From the human T2T-CHM13v2.0 reference genome, Homo sapiens, in the NCBI RefSeq assembly GCF_009914755.1, contig NC_060941.1: a DNA stretch of 64,000 bases. One strand, 5' to 3'. The notes under the pieces were generated by a model, which was not told where the DNA came from, ran no database searches, and was given only the letters and a program-made list of their open reading frames with translations. The position numbers were made by a program, and so were the translations under genes. The stretch's first letter is position 1. Each line of letters starts with the position of its first letter. Positions 1 through 20,206 of the stretch are shown here, one piece after another.

Positions 1-642
1 ACCACCATGCCTGGCTAATTTTTAAAATTTTTTGTAGAGATGAGATCTCACCACGTTGACTGGGCTGGTCTCAAACTCCTAACCTCAGGTGATCTTCTGG
101 CCTTGGCCTCCCAAAGTGGAAGGATTGCTTGAGCCCAGGAGTAGAAGATCAGCCTGGGTAATATAGTGAGACCCCATCTCCACTTATTTAAAAAAGAAAA
201 AAAAAAGTCTACCTTCAATGCCTTTTGCTACCAAGAACCCCACCCTTTCAATCATCAAGCTCTTGTCTTTATTTTATCCAAAAGGCACAAACCCCTCTGT
301 GCTGTTATTTTTAAGAGCTTTATTGAAGTATAATAAACATGGCATAAAATTCATCCATTGAACAATTCAATGATTTTGGCAACCATCATCACAATCCAGC
401 TGAAAACATTTCCATTACCCCAAAATGTTCCATCATGCCCATTTACAGTTAATTCCTACTCTTATTACCAGCCTTAGGCAAACACTATTCTGCTTTCTAT
501 CTCTATAAATGTGCTTCTTCTAGCCATTTCATATAAACAAACTCATACGATATATAGTCTTGCATCTAGTTTCTTTCCCTTAGCATAATGTTTTTGAAGT
601 TAAATCATGTTGTATAGCATGTATCAGTAGTTTATCCCTTTA

Positions 643-955
<313 letters not shown>

Positions 956-1470
956 GCAAAGAAACAAACAAAAAATTAAATTGCTGAGCAGTGTTTCATT
1001 ATATGACTGTACCATGAAATAAACAATGGATTTTGTTTATCCATTCACCAGCTGATGTACACTTGGATTATTTCCAGTTTCTTGGCTATTATGAGCAATG
1101 CCGCTATGAACATCTGCATCCATGTCTTTGAGTGTACATATGTTTTCATTTTTTTGGACAGATTCATAGGAGTGGAACTGCTGAATCATAAGGCAAATTT
1201 ATGTTCCACTGTTTAAGACACTGTCCAACTTTCCAAAGTGGCTGTACTATTTTACATTTCCCATAACACTTCATAAAGATTCCAATTCCTCTGCATTCTC
1301 AACATTTGACACTGTCTGCCTTTTCTATTTTAGTTATCCTAATTCTAATAGGTGTGAAATGGTATCTCATTGCAGTTTTAATTATATTTCCCTAATGGCT
1401 GCTGATGTTGAGTATCTTTCCATGTGTTCATCAGCCATTCCTACATCTTTTTCAGTGAAGTATCTATTGA

Positions 1471-1822
<352 letters not shown>

Positions 1823-2099
1823 TAAGAGTTCTTAATATTGATACACATCCTTTATGTGATTTGCAAATATTTTCTTTCAGAAAGTGGCTTGTCTTTTCAA
1901 CTTTTTACTGTCTTTTGAGGTGGTAATGTTTTTAATTTCGAAGAAATCCAATTTATTATTATTTTTTACTTGTATGGATTTTGCTTTTGGTGTCACATCT
2001 AAGAACTCTTCGCCCAATCCAAATCAAATAACATTTTTCTCCTATGTCTTCTTTTAGGGGTTTCATTGTTTTTGCATTTATGTCTATGATCCATTTTTA

Positions 2100-2387
2100 T
2101 TTTTTTATTAGTGACAGGGTCTCAATCTGTCACCCAGGCTGAAGCGCAGTGGCACAATCATAGCTCACTGCAGCCTTGAAATCCTAGGCAAAGCAATCCT
2201 TCTGCCTCAACCTGCCGAGTAGCTGATATCATGCCACCATGCCCAGGTAATTTTTAAAAACAATTTTTGTAGAGACAGGGTCTCACTCTGTTGCCCAGGC
2301 TGCTCTTGAACTCCTGGGCTTAAGCCATCCTTCAGCCTTGGCCTCCCAAAGTGCTGGGATTACAGGCATGAGTCACCATACCCAGCC
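2100..2387 (-). mobile_element. Alu (AluJ-like)
   Basis: Antisense Alu consensus. Confidence 0.85.
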
Positions 2388-3705
2388 CCATTTTGAAAAT
2401 AGCTTTGTGGAGATACAATTTATATACCACAGAATTCACCTATTTAGTGTGTACAATCCAATGGTTTTTAGTATATTGACCGTGTTATACAACTATTCAC
2501 CACTATCTAATTTTAGAACACTGCCATTATCCCAAAAAGAAATCCATTAGCAGTCACAGCTCATTTCTCCCTCTCCCCAGCCTCTGGCAGCCGCAGGCAC
2601 AGCCACTGCGCCACTGCCACTAATCTACTTTCTGTCTCTGTGGATTTGCCTCTTCTGGGCATTTCTTATAAATGAGATTATTCAATAGATGGCCTTTTGC
2701 ACCTGGCTTATTTCACTGAGTATAACATTTTCAAGGTTCATCCAGGTTGTAGCACATATCAAATCTTCATTCCTTTTTATTGCCAAATAATATTCTATTG
2801 TGCAGACTTACCATATTTTATTTATCAGTAGTTCTATTCATCGGTTGATGAACATTTGGGTTATTTCCACATTTTAGCTATTATGAGTAATTCATGTGCA
2901 AGTTTTTATGTGAATGTATTTTCTTCATTTTTCTTGAGCGTATACCTAGGAGTAGAACTGCTGAGTCATCTAGTAACTAGCCATCTGAGAAACTGTCAAA
3001 CCGTTTTCCAAAGTGGCTGCCCCATTTTACATTCACACCGGCAGGGTATGAGGGTTTCGCTCTCTCCATATCCTTACCAGTACTCGTCATTATCATTTTT
3101 TAAAATTATAGCCATCCTAGTGGGTGTGAAGTGGTATCTAATTGTAGTTTTGATTTGTATTTCCTTGAAAGTTAATAATGATCATCTCTTCAAGTGCTTA
3201 TTGTCCACTGTATATCTTTTTTGGAGAAATGTCTATTCAAGTGCTGTGACCATTTTTAATTGGGTTGTCTTTTTATTATTGAGCATATGAGTTCCTTATA
3301 TATTCTAGATACAAATTCTTGTCATACCTATGATTTATAAAAATTTCTCCCATTCTCTGAGTTCTCTCTTTTAACTCTATAATCCATTTTGAGTTAATTT
3401 TGGTGATGTAAAGAATAGGTCTGAGTTCATTTTCTTTTTTGCTCATCCCAGCATCATTTGTTGAAACCACTATCCTTTCCCCATTCAATTGTCTCGGTAC
3501 TTTTGTCAAAATCAACCGAAAATAAATGTAAGGATTTCTGGTTCATAACTCTGTTCCACTGATCTATATGCTCTTCATTGTGCCAATACCACACTATCTT
3601 GATTACTGTGGCATTATAGTAATTATATGCATAGTAACTTTTAAAATAGGGTAGCGATAGTCCTCCAACTTTGTTCCTTTTTCAAAATTGTTTTGGATAT
3701 TTTAA

Positions 3706-4052
<347 letters not shown>

Positions 4053-4280
4053 GTAAATTGCATATTTTTAAGTGTATGGTTTCAAATCTAATATTAAATT
4101 GATACTCCTAAAGCTAGGAGAAACTTACATTAAAACTTTTATAGTTATTCGACAAAGACTTATTATCCATGCCTTTAAAAACTGTTCTTGCAATAGGAAA
4201 GACCCATTTGACAAGAATATGTGTACTCTAAAATAACAAAAATTTGGAGAATGATGATGTAGACAGATGTGATACATCTA

Positions 4281-4570
<290 letters not shown>

Positions 4571-4594
4571 AAATTATTTAATTTTTTAAAATCT

Positions 4595-4690
4595 ACAATC
4601 AGTTGACTTTAAGTAAAGGAGATTATCCTTGATTATGTGGGTGGGCCTCTAGTCAGTTGAAGGCCTTAAAAGCAAAAACCCGGGTTTAAC
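4595..4690 (+). mobile_element. MLT2-like (ERVL) LTR fragment
   Basis: aatcagttgactttaagtaaaggagattatcc...gtgggtgggcctc...cagttgaaggcctt. Confidence 0.5.
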
Positions 4691-6265
4691 CAAGCTAGCT
4701 GGTCAGGACTCTGATTACCATTCTGAATTTCTGTAGTAGGTTTACTTCTTAAAGACTTCAGCAAAACAAATTATTCCTATTTTCCAACTTGCCCAAGTAT
4801 GTGGAGGGAAACAAACTAGATTTATGAGGTACTGCTTTATATAAATTAAACTGTCTTTATATTATGCCTATTTCTTCCTGGATAGAGAAAACAGGCTTTT
4901 ATCAATGTGGACTTTTATCAACGTGGATACTTCTGTCAAAAGATGAGCTTCATAAAAGCAACCATCTCCGCAAAGCCATACCTTTCTTTGCTAAACAAAT
5001 GATCTTGGGCTTTTAAAGATGCAAAGATCTTAGAGAAGCATGTATGACTTCTAACTCAAAAATTACAAAAGTACATCCAAATACAGTAGAACCGTGCTCT
5101 AAATTGCTTTCTATGCTAATGTAGAAATGCTATACAGAAACTCCCACCATACTTTCTATTACTTAAATGATTAATATTCACACAATTATTAATAAATCTA
5201 AAAATCACCTAATGCATAACATTATTCATTGTTGCACTGTTTGCAATAGTAAGATACTGAAAAAACAACTCACAGATGTTTATCAACAGGAGACTATGTA
5301 AAAAAAAAGATGGCATATGCATGCAGAGGAATACTATATAGTTGTTAAAAAGCACAAAGAAACTTATCAAATATGAGACAATATAAAAAGATCTCCAATA
5401 TCTCTGAAAGCAAACAGAGCAAGGTGTAGAACAGTCTAATAGCATGCTATGCTTGCATTTACACAAGAAACTCTAAAAGAATTCCAAAGAAACCAAAAGT
5501 GGTTACATGGGATGGGAGGTTTAGAGGGAGGAAGGAGAACCAGGTGGATGGACAACAGCGGTGAGAACAAGGCTTTCACTGTACACGTTTTCATTCTTTT
5601 AAAGTTTGAACCGTGTGACTATATTACCTATTCAAAAATAAATAATTCTAAATAATTTAGGCTATTTATTTCTATCTACCTCTATTTAAGGATAGAAAAA
5701 AGCTACAAACCCAAGTCTCAACTTGAAATCTGCCATTCTTGATAGGATTTAAATGTTTGTTTCAATGTGCATACAAAACTAAGAAGTTCCATTAAATATA
5801 CTAAGAAAAAAGCAATTTCAGCTGGACACTGTGACCGTCATTACAAGGACAGATGATGGTGCTTCTTTCCGAAACAACTGTTCCACCGGCAGTGCAGGTC
5901 TAGCCGCTTTCCAGCGAGCCAGATAGTGGTCTCAACTTAACACTCAAACTACAAGGTATGTCATCTGGAGAAAGCTGACTCTGCCACTTGCTTTGTTCCA
6001 CTGTTAGTACTCAGGATAAGGAGACTTCTCAAAATCAACCCAGGTTGATTCCTCTATAGGGACTTCAATTATGACACGAAATAGCCTTCATTCCATAATC
6101 ATGGAATGATTGTTTTAAGTCTTGTTTTTTGAGTACAAGTTCAAAACCCAATTCCTTGAGAGGTGGAGGCAGACAGTATAGTAGGAAGAACACTAACTGG
6201 CTGAGAGACCCTGGCCATACCAATTCATTTCTCTGGGTCTCCATTTTCTTATCAGTGAAATGAAT

Positions 6266-6685
<420 letters not shown>

Positions 6686-8229
6686 TGGCCAAACTCTGTC
6701 AACGGTTCCTTTCAGGACTAATACTGTAATCCCATAAAGAGCCAGGTCAATTCAAAGATCAGAAGAAAGGCGATGCCTCCGTCTAGAGCATATATGCAAG
6801 CTCACATAAGGTTTCAAATACACAAAGGTTTGCTGACAGAGACAGGATGTTCTGATTCTATTTTCTATGTTTTAGCTTCAACAGAAATAATGTGGTCCAC
6901 TTGCTATAAAGACTTCTCTCATGTATAACTTCTGATTTAACATGAATTACAGTTTTACAGTTAAACTTTTAAAACTGGTAGAGAGGAGAGGATTATTTAT
7001 TGAGTGTGCTAATTAACAAAAGTTTTGGTTTGGTCTATTGTCTTTTTATTATCATCACCCAAGATTCATACTTGTACAAATATGCTTTGGGGAACAGCCT
7101 TCCAGAGGTTTACCTATGTTAAGTCCCACATATGAAAGAGCGGTGAATACTTTCCTGAGGCAGCAAACACTATTGAAAATTCCAAGCTCAGCAAAGTATG
7201 CTCCATATTTTGATCAATAAAAGCCATGTGGTTTAAGAAAAACAGAGCCCACAAATACTGCTGCATATTTTTGTCTATTTTAAAAAGTTTTCCTCATGCC
7301 GCCCTAAGAATATTTTTGTCTATTAAAAAACAAAATCTATGCCTTGGTTAGCGTTGATTTTATGTAGTCATAATCAGTCAGAGCTTTATTAAAATACTAA
7401 CGACCCACAGCTTTATCTTAGACCTTTCTAAAACAATTCTTCACCATATTCATCTTTGCAAGGATTCATTCTTTGGTACAAAAGCAGTGAGAAACACAGC
7501 TCTGGCAGACACTCTGCAGGGATGCGGGCAGGTTCATCGTCTGGCCCCTGCTTTCACCTGGCAGACACTGGACACACTGCTGAGAAACCAGCTCATCTCA
7601 GTATGTCTCTATTCTACCAAAAAGAGACGAGGCTCTGCTCCAATTCTGACACCTCATTCCGAAATCACCAAAATCTCCATCGGGTCCTAAGCAGACAGAA
7701 TGTCGCAGCCATTCATCCTCAGAAGTCTTGAGAATAAAATTAAAAGTAATTAATTAAAATAAAACTACTTGCAATTAAAAGTAAACACCGGCTAGGTCAT
7801 GCAATTCATACTGGCCGGTGCTCACATAACTGAACTACCTTGTGATTCTCTGCTTTGCTGTCAAAATCCTCCTCCACCTCCAATGCTGATACCACAATCC
7901 AGAGGCTAGAGACATTTAAGTGAAGGGATGATTCTAATAACAAACATACTTCTATACGTTTCCAATACCTCTGCCCTGTCCCAGAGCTGGTCCCACTCCA
8001 AAACCCAGGCTTGCCACTACGCTAGCAAAGGGGCAATCCGAGTAACTCTGATACTCAGATTCCCAAACATTTCTGTTACTTTCCACCACCACCACCCCCC
8101 CCACCCCCCGGCTTCTGACAGCCTCTGCAAAAGCACCAGCACTGCAAATGCCTGTTTGGCTTCCATCCTTCAGCAGGCAATGGAAGCTTTTCCAGGAGAA
8201 ACCTAATTCTAACCTTTCCAGAGGCCAGG

Positions 8230-9660
8230 AGACGGCAGCGCAGGGATAGCACCTGGCGCAAGTGCCTGTTTGGATGCCGAGGTCGCCTCCCTCGCGGCCC
8301 TCGGACCCCGCGAGGCAGGTAGGCTTTGGGCCGGGCCGGCCGGGTCCGTGCGGGGCGCCGACCTCGCCTACGACGCCGCAGCCCCGCTCCCCAGGAGCCT
8401 CGGTCCCTGCGGGCACGCGTCCCCGTCACGGGGCCGATTACAATGGAGGCCGCTCCCGTCCTCCCGTGGAGGGGCTCGGTGCCCTCGGTGACCCTGCTAG
8501 ACCCGGCAGGACGCCCCTTGGGCTAATTCGCCCGGGGCGGGGGAGACCTCGGCCTTCTCGAAGACCTCCCGCGCTCGAAGACCGTTTCGGAGCGTCCGCA
8601 ACCACTGAGTCCCCGAAGACCCGCGGGGCCCCCTCAGGCCGTCCCGACCCAGACCCCTGCCCCTGCCCCTCTCCCTCCTCGCGGCTGCGGCGCCCGCCCG
8701 CCCTCACCGGACTTGGGCGGGTAGCGGTACACGGAATTAGACGGGATGTCCACCTCCTCCACGCCCGCGTGCTGCCGGCTCGTCAGGGCCCCCATGGCCG
8801 CTGCGGCTGCAGCCCCGGCCCGGCCCCGGTGCCCGCGCCGCCCTCCGCGCTTCACCGCGGCCGCCCGCCCCGCGCCCGGTGCGGGGGCCGACTGCCCGCC
8901 GCGGCCGGCTCCGCTGCGGCGCTGCGGCTCTGGCGGCGGGGAGCCCCCGGCGCGCCGCGCACCATCCTCCGCCGGGCACCGCGGCGGCGCCTCTGCCAAG
9001 GGGGCTGCGGGTCTGGGCCGGGGGCGCCGCCGCCGCCTCAGGCCGCGTGATGTCAGCGGCCGCTCCGCGCGGGGACCGCGGCGGCCCCAGCCAATGGCGA
9101 GGCGGGGCGGGAGCGCCCGCGCCGGAGCAGCCAATGAGCGCGGGACTGCAGCAGGAGCCGGCGGCGCGTGCCTCGCGCGGGGAGCCGCGGCTGGACTCGG
9201 CGCGCGTGGACGCGGCCCAGGGCCTCGCGGCGGGGGCGTGGGCGTGGGCGGGGACTCGCGACGGGGACGGGGGCGCGGCCGGGTGCCCGCGGCGGGGCGG
9301 GGCGGGACCGGCCGGAGCTGGGACCCCAGGAGACGAGCGCTGCACCCGGCCGGGACGCGTCGCCCCTCCGCGCCTGTTTATCCCGGCTCGGATTACCGCG
9401 CAGGGAGCCGCCCCCTCCCGCGGTCCGCGAGGACTGGCCGGGAGCTCGCTCGCCATTGTCCTGGGCGTCCCAAAGCGGGCGGTCCCCGCTCCGCTGCTCC
9501 CGCGCCTGGAGGAAGCCTTCCCAACCCCGCCCCTCAGCGTCGGCCGGCGGAGGTCTTCGGAAATCTCATGCAGGGGGGTAGGGAGAGGGGTCCCACGGTG
9601 CATTCGCATGTCTCCTGCCCCGTGTTAATGCTGGTGACCGGCTAGGAAGATGCCGCCTCC
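8230..9660. promoter_or_regulatory. RNF157: CpG island / RNF157 promoter
   Basis: Very high GC and CpG density around exon 1. CAGCCAATG boxes at 9091 and 9131, many GGGCGG boxes over 9100-9305, CRE-like TGATGTCA at 9048-9055. Confidence 0.9.
8708..8795 (-). CDS. RNF157: RNF157 coding exon 1 (RING E3 ubiquitin ligase, MGRN1 paralogue); rest of the gene lies left of the window
   Basis: gcggccATGG Kozak context at 8795. Translates MGALTSRQHAGVEEVDIPSNSVYRYPPKS+G, recognised as the RNF157/MGRN1-family N-terminus. 88 nt, ending at a G|GTGAGG donor (8707). Confidence 0.95.
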
Positions 9661-10112
9661 CTCTCACGTGCGTCTATTCAAAGCGCTCCCAACTCTATAC
9701 ATGCTGTTTAAGGCTCCTTGTAGCCCTAAAGTTAGGAGAACATCGACTGAGGATAAGATCAAGACATCCAGCCTCTGTCTGTATCGTGGAAACGGGACCC
9801 CGGAAACTTTGGAAAGGCCTGAGTGCCAAGAGAGTCAACGCAGGCGAAAGCGAACCGGGCCAGGCAGAACCGGGAGCTCCTGTTGATAAAAACACACACA
9901 ACAGTGGGAAGCTTGGGCCGGCGGAAGACGTCATTCCATTGCTTAATTACAGACATTTGTGTTTTAAACCTTCTATTTTCTTTGTGGGTCTGGTGTTTTT
10001 TTTCCTGAGAGAGTGGACTGATCAGCAAACATTTCAACTGCTAGAACATGACTTTCACAACTTTTCAACAGTGTTCGAAGTACAGTTTGGGGTGTCTGGT
10101 TCCCTTGATTAG

Positions 10113-10770
<658 letters not shown>

Positions 10771-11362
10771 TAAGAATCTAGAACCACCTCAAAACACAAG
10801 GCCTTCGACACATCACAGAGTAAAATGTTGCCTTATGCTCCTCGGCTCTGTTCAGAAGCCTTGGTTCTTCCTGCCCTCGGCATTTTGTAAACGGGACATC
10901 CCTTCCCTTTGTGGGTTTATCCATGTCTGAGAGTTTCTTCTGCTTAGCCAGGGCCAGGCAGGGATGTGGCTTAGTCAAGCAGCCCAGTCCTGTTGCTTAT
11001 GGGGTGTCTCTTCTGGTCCCACCTTGGCCTGACCCTGGGAAGCCAGCTTCTCCATCTTGAATAATACTCCCCAAGCCTAGAAGTTGGTTCCTCCTCCCAC
11101 GAAGGAGTCATGAGTCCAATGCTTAGAATAGTAAAGAAAAACAAGGCATAGCACAATAAAATTAGTGGATATTTATGGAACACTCTATGTGCCAGGCTGT
11201 TTTAAACACTTCACACGTATTAAAGCATTCAACCCTCCCAACAACCCTATCAAATACATGCTATTTACACCCCGATTTTACAGTCGAAGAGAATGAGGCA
11301 CAGAAAGAGCACTAGACTTTGAGTTGGACAAATCAAACCCCTAAGCAGCTATGTAACTTTGA

Positions 11363-11757
<395 letters not shown>

Positions 11758-13225
11758 AAGACTCATTTTTAAAAGAATGTTGACCAGAGACAGAAGAGAA
11801 ACGGATAGAAGGCAGTTTAGAAACTTCTAGATCAAAGAGACTTTTTGTGAATTGAGCTACAGTCCCACAGTCTACAGTGTAATCACCTAGTGTGAACAAT
11901 TTTGGAAATAGAATCTCAGCCAGTGCCCTGGGCAAAGGCGAGATAAGCAGCTAGACCCTCGGAGCAGCCGACTCTAGAGGGGCTGAGTCCTGCATTCCTC
12001 TATGGTTCTTCCCTGGCTCCACTTGGCTCCCTCGCCAAAGATCTGGGCCAGGGAGAGTGCCCGAGGGAGAAGGCAGCTCAGATAGGAGGAAAAATCCAGA
12101 AGTGACTGCACCAAGAGAGCCATAAAAATGTTTTTAACTTGAAAAATGGTCTGGGGAGGGGTTGCACAGTGTGCATAGGGAAATCACATGCAAATACCAC
12201 ACGTGCTTTGTGGAAATAGCCTTGTAGCACCCTATCCATTTCCACACTATGGATGCAGCCCTTGGGAGAATCCCAGCAGACAACACAACATCCAAGGGTC
12301 TCAGCGGTTTTCTCTAAACATCCCTGGAAGGCAAGGGGCAAAGCCAGGTATTTCTATCACATTGAAGCTCTTCTTCTGCAACTTGGGTCTAAGGGAGAAA
12401 GGAGAAGGGTGGGGGAAGTACGGGGACAAGTAATTTTTAGGTGAGCTTGTCCCTTTGGACTTTTCATTTTGTTCATGTTGCTGTCCTGGTTTCAGCCCAG
12501 ATGTGCCATTTCCACCCTTGTAACACATGCAATGATTAGCTTAGTGCAGGAAGGAGTGAGGGAGCCTGCAGGTGGAAACTGACAGACACAGCCCTGCAGC
12601 ACAGCATTCCTGAGGCAGCAGGGTTTGGGAGGCAAACCAGTATCTCAGGTGACCTGAAAGAGCTAAGAAAGGTCTCTGATTTTGGGACAGGAAGATGAGA
12701 ATCTTGGCTGTTCTTAATGAGTACCAGCTCTCTCCAGAAGATAGGGCCCAATCAGCCACACATGGGCCCGATCCCTCTTTTAGTCCTCGACATGTGGCTT
12801 CGGTGGATTGAAGCCAAAACCACCAGCGGAGAATGTCACATCCTGCTCCAGATCAGTGGGCTAGGCTAACGTCGACAGAATAGTCTGATCCTAAATGCTT
12901 TGGGGCCCTGCAGATGGTTCCTCTGGCAACCTAAGGCTCTCTGTAGAGGAAAATAATCTTGTCCATTAGGAAATCCGCAATCAGGCTTTCATATTTTGCT
13001 TTTTGCTGAGTGTGAATTCCTCATTGTTAATTTCGTCCTCCACTCTGGGCTGCCAATAAAGAAGAGTTGTTCAAATGGATGCAGACTCCAGTCCAGTTTG
13101 TAGCCTATTAATCTATTTTTCAAGTTAAGACTAAAATGAAAGATGATGTTTACACGGCCCAATGTGTTGGGGATAAGGCGAAGTGAGTGGGGCACCCAGA
13201 ATGTCAACTTTAAGTTCTCATTCTC

Positions 13226-14688
<1,463 letters not shown>

Positions 14689-15651
14689 CTAGAAAAGGTA
14701 GAATGTGGAAGCGGCAGCGTGGTGACAGCCCCAAACCTTTCTTTAACAAAACAAATACTCACCTGCGGTTACTTAGATCAAAAGAAGAAAATAACAAACA
14801 GGGTTTCTTGAAAATGCCTGTCCTGGCTAGATGGTCAGATTTGGAAGGAATCTCAAAGGTACAGCCCCTCCCCTGACAGATGAGGCAGCTGCAACCTCTA
14901 CAGGGTAAGGGGCTTGCCCAAGACCATACAAGTGGTAGCCATAGCTCAGAACCCAGGGATCCCTGGCTCCCTGTGCACTGGGTCTTGATATGGGAAGCTG
15001 GTGCTATGCTGGTTTTATCTCTCTCTGTCTCTCCTTGGTGAGCCATCTCCTACAGCTGTCATAAGAGGACAAGCCGACTTGAGGTTGAGCTCTGAAGCTC
15101 AACACAAGTGCACACACGTGTTCAGCTGTTGCAATATCAGTGTGAGCATGCAATCAACTGCACTCACAGGAAAGTTGTCTGTAACTGTGCTCAAGTCAGA
15201 ATCAGAAAACCACTGAGCTCCTCTCAGCTGGAGACTCCCTGCACCCTCCCTCTGCTCTTCTGAAACTGGAGCTGAGGTCAGGGCTGCAGAACTGAACTGA
15301 TCAACCAGTCACCTAACTCCTCCCAGGCACAGGAACCAAAGGGCTGCTGAGAAAAGAGAAATGAGAGGCCACTGAGGGTTAGGAGATCAGATTCTTAGCA
15401 AGTAGGTTAAAAGTGCCGTATGCATGCTAATAGTGTGTCCAGCTAAAGTCTGAGTGCCAGCCAAAGTCCACTACAGACAAGCAATTTGTTTACAATGACA
15501 CATTTATTTCTGAGCAAATTGCTTGTTTATTTATGTGATAACTACTATCCTATTAGGGTATTTCAAAGACTGTGTGTTGATCCTGACAAAGTAATAAACA
15601 GAAATACCACTCACTGTTATGGTTCTCACAGTAAGCTATTGGAAGCCTTAG

Positions 15652-17120
<1,469 letters not shown>

Positions 17121-17287
17121 TGAATTCCACTCAGCTGAAATCCTGCCTCTTCCATGAAGCCGCCTCTGAGAACTGCTGCCAATAGGTGGCTCTTCTTTCT
17201 CAGAAGTTCTATTGCATGAATTATTTTCAGTATAACTTGATATTTATGTGCAAGATGCCCTCAGTCTACAAAGGCAAAAGACATATA

Positions 17288-17872
17288 CAGTTGTCCCTCT
17301 GTATCTATGGGGGATTGGCGCTAGATACCAAAATCCTTGGATGCTCAAGTCCCTGATATGAAATGGCACAGTATTTGCATACAACCTACTATGCACAATG
17401 TCGGGTAGGCTTTAAATCATCTCTAGATTACTTATAATACCAAATACAATTCAAATAGTTGTATTACCTTTTATTGTATTATTTTTCATTGTTTCTTTTC
17501 TAATTTTTTTTTTTTTTTAAACAGAGTCTCGCTCTGTCAACCAGTCTGGAATGCAGTGTCACAATCTCGGCTCACTGCAACCTCTGCCTCCTGGGTTCAA
17601 GCGATTCTCCTGCCTCAGCCTCCCGACTAGCTGAGATTATAGACATGCGCCATCACGCCTGGCTAGTTTTTGTATTTTTGGTAGAGATGGGGTTTCACCA
17701 TGTTGGCCAGACTGGTCTCAAACTCCTGACCTCAGGTGATCTGCCCACCTTGGCCTCCCAGAGTGCTGGGATTACAGATATGAGCCACTGCGCTCAGCCT
17801 CTTTTCTAATGTTTTTGATCCATGGTTGATTGGATCCATGGATATGGAACTCAGGGACTTGAAGGATCAACT
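17288..17872 (+). mobile_element. MER2 (Tigger-family DNA transposon) interrupted by a minus-strand Alu (about 17505-17799)
   Basis: cagttgtccctctgtatctatgggggattgg...gataccaaaatcc...gatgctcaagtccctgatat resembles the MER2 consensus as I recall it. Alu TSD tcttttctaat on both sides. Confidence 0.8.
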
Positions 17873-18093
17873 TCATAAAGCTCTAGAGTCAAACAGAGCA
17901 AAGTTCAAAATCCAGGTCTTCCATTATTGGCTGTGTATCTGGGAAAGTTCTTTGACTTCTCTGAGTTCATTTATGCTTCATCCATGAGAACATCTAAGAG
18001 CTCTTTGAACATTAAGTTAGCCAAAGCATGTGCAGCCCTCACACAGTTCCTGACATACAGCGGGTGCTCAATGAATGCTAACTTTTTTAATTA

Positions 18094-18797
<704 letters not shown>

Positions 18798-19179
18798 TCA
18801 GGATATGTATTTGAGAGTCTGCCCAAGATGAAACCGAGGTCCACGCACTTCCCATACCAGGTGAAGGCAGAGCCCAGGGGTTTCGATTTCCTGAGACATC
18901 ACTTTTCTGTGTTCATTGAAACTCAAAATGCCAGAAACATGTCTCCCTTATCACGTGTGGTGGCTGCTAAAGGGCCAGAGAAAAAGATAGCCCAGCCCTG
19001 CTCCTTCTTAACAAAGTACTGCCAACAAGTCACTGCACTAGAAGAAAGCAAGGCCCCTAATCGGCCCTCTTGCCCCTGCTGTCTGGATTAGCCATCTGTG
19101 GACGTGTGTGGTGTGTGTATTTGCGGATGTGTGTATTTGTGGGTCAGAGTTTGTCTGCCATTGTTTTGGGGGGTTTGCT

Positions 19180-20086
<907 letters not shown>

Positions 20087-20089
20087 TGA

Positions 20090-20206
<117 letters not shown>

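Noticed and set aside
8262-9645. Many overlapping 130-300 aa ORFs on both strands
   Set aside because: Pro/Arg/Gly/Ala-rich products expected from stop-poor CpG-island DNA. Only the RNF157 exon has splice and family support.
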